DNA from: Antedon mediterranea
Lineage: Eukaryota > Animalia > Echinodermata
Reading direction: 5' to 3'
DNA length: 64,000 bases
Assembly (NCBI RefSeq): GCF_964355755.1
Contig: NC_092680.1
Location: forward strand, 10,726,001-10,790,000
Shown piece after piece: positions 63,202 through 64,000 of the stretch (positions are counted from its first letter, which is position 1; every line of letters starts with the position of its first letter). The notes beneath the pieces were generated by a model. The model made no database searches, was not told where the DNA came from, and saw nothing but the letters and a program-made list of their open reading frames with translations. A program made the translations under genes and the position numbers.

Positions 63202-64000
63202 TTTTAAAACGTTTAAGACCATTTTGAGCATTTCGACAAAACTTTTTCACACAAAACATCAAAGTGTACAAAAAAGCTTCAAATCGCATTTGGAGACGTT
63301 TTAGACCATTTTGTGATTTTCGAAAAAACTTGTTAACACAAAAACACAAAAGTGCTTAGAATAGCTTCAAATCGCATTTGGAGACGTTTTAGACCATTTT
63401 GTGCATTTCAATGAAACTTGGTTACACAAAAACATCAAAGTGCTTAAAATCAAATTAGAAACCGTTTTAGACCATTTTGAGCATTTCGATAAAACTTTTC
63501 ACACAAAAACATCAAAGAGCACAATATAGCTTAATATCGTATTTGAAAACGTTTTAGACCATTTTGAGCATTTCGACAAAACTTTTTCACACAAAACATC
63601 AAAGTGTACAGAATAGCTTCAAATCGCATTGGAGACGTTTTAGACCATTTTGTGATTTTCGAAAAAACTTGTTAACATAAAAACACCAAAGTGCTAAGAA
63701 TAGCTGCTTCAAATCGCATTTGGAGACGTATTAGACCATTTTGTGCGTTTCGATGAAAATTGGTTACACAAAAACATCAAAGTGCTTAAAATCACATTAG
63801 AAACCGTCTTAGACCATTTTGAGCATTTCGATAAAACTTTTCACAAAAAACAACAAAGAGCACAAAATAGCTTAATATCGTATTTAAAAACGTTTTAGAC
63901 CATTTTGAGCATTTCGACAAAACTTTTTCACACAAAACATCAAAATGTACAGAATAGCTTCAAATTGCATTTGGAGACGTTTTAGACCATTTTGTGATTT
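63202..64000 (+). repeat. Satellite B array running off the window end
   Basis: Repeating 'aatagcttcaaatcgcatttggagacgttttagaccattttg'. Confidence 0.95.

Overview
AT-rich eukaryotic (metazoan, probably marine invertebrate; inference) heterochromatin-like DNA with no ordinary host gene. Three satellites dominate: SatA (~185 bp), SatB (~80-88 bp) and SatC (~250-260 bp, carrying tRNA-type Pol III A/B boxes). They form a large mirror structure SatC(+)-X-SatA(+)-SatB-SatA(-)-X'-SatC(-), with a second copy of the SatA/SatB/SatA core at 1-7.6 kb. Nested insertions are: a Ngaro/PAT-type tyrosine-recombinase retrotransposon with intact split direct repeats and an SGNH-hydrolase remnant; three unclassified TIR elements, one with a USP-like cysteine-protease exon; Helentron-type non-autonomous elements, one family carrying pairs of tRNA-Val(AAC)-derived sequences; a Gypsy derivative whose single open 837-aa ORF keeps Gag and protease but only scrambled pol fragments; an 8.2-kb foldback palindrome; tRNA- and 5S-derived SINEs; an RTE 3' fragment; and a CR1-like LINE with an esterase ORF1. 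All calls come from reading the sequence by eye; no database search or alignment was run, and coordinates of array edges are approximate.
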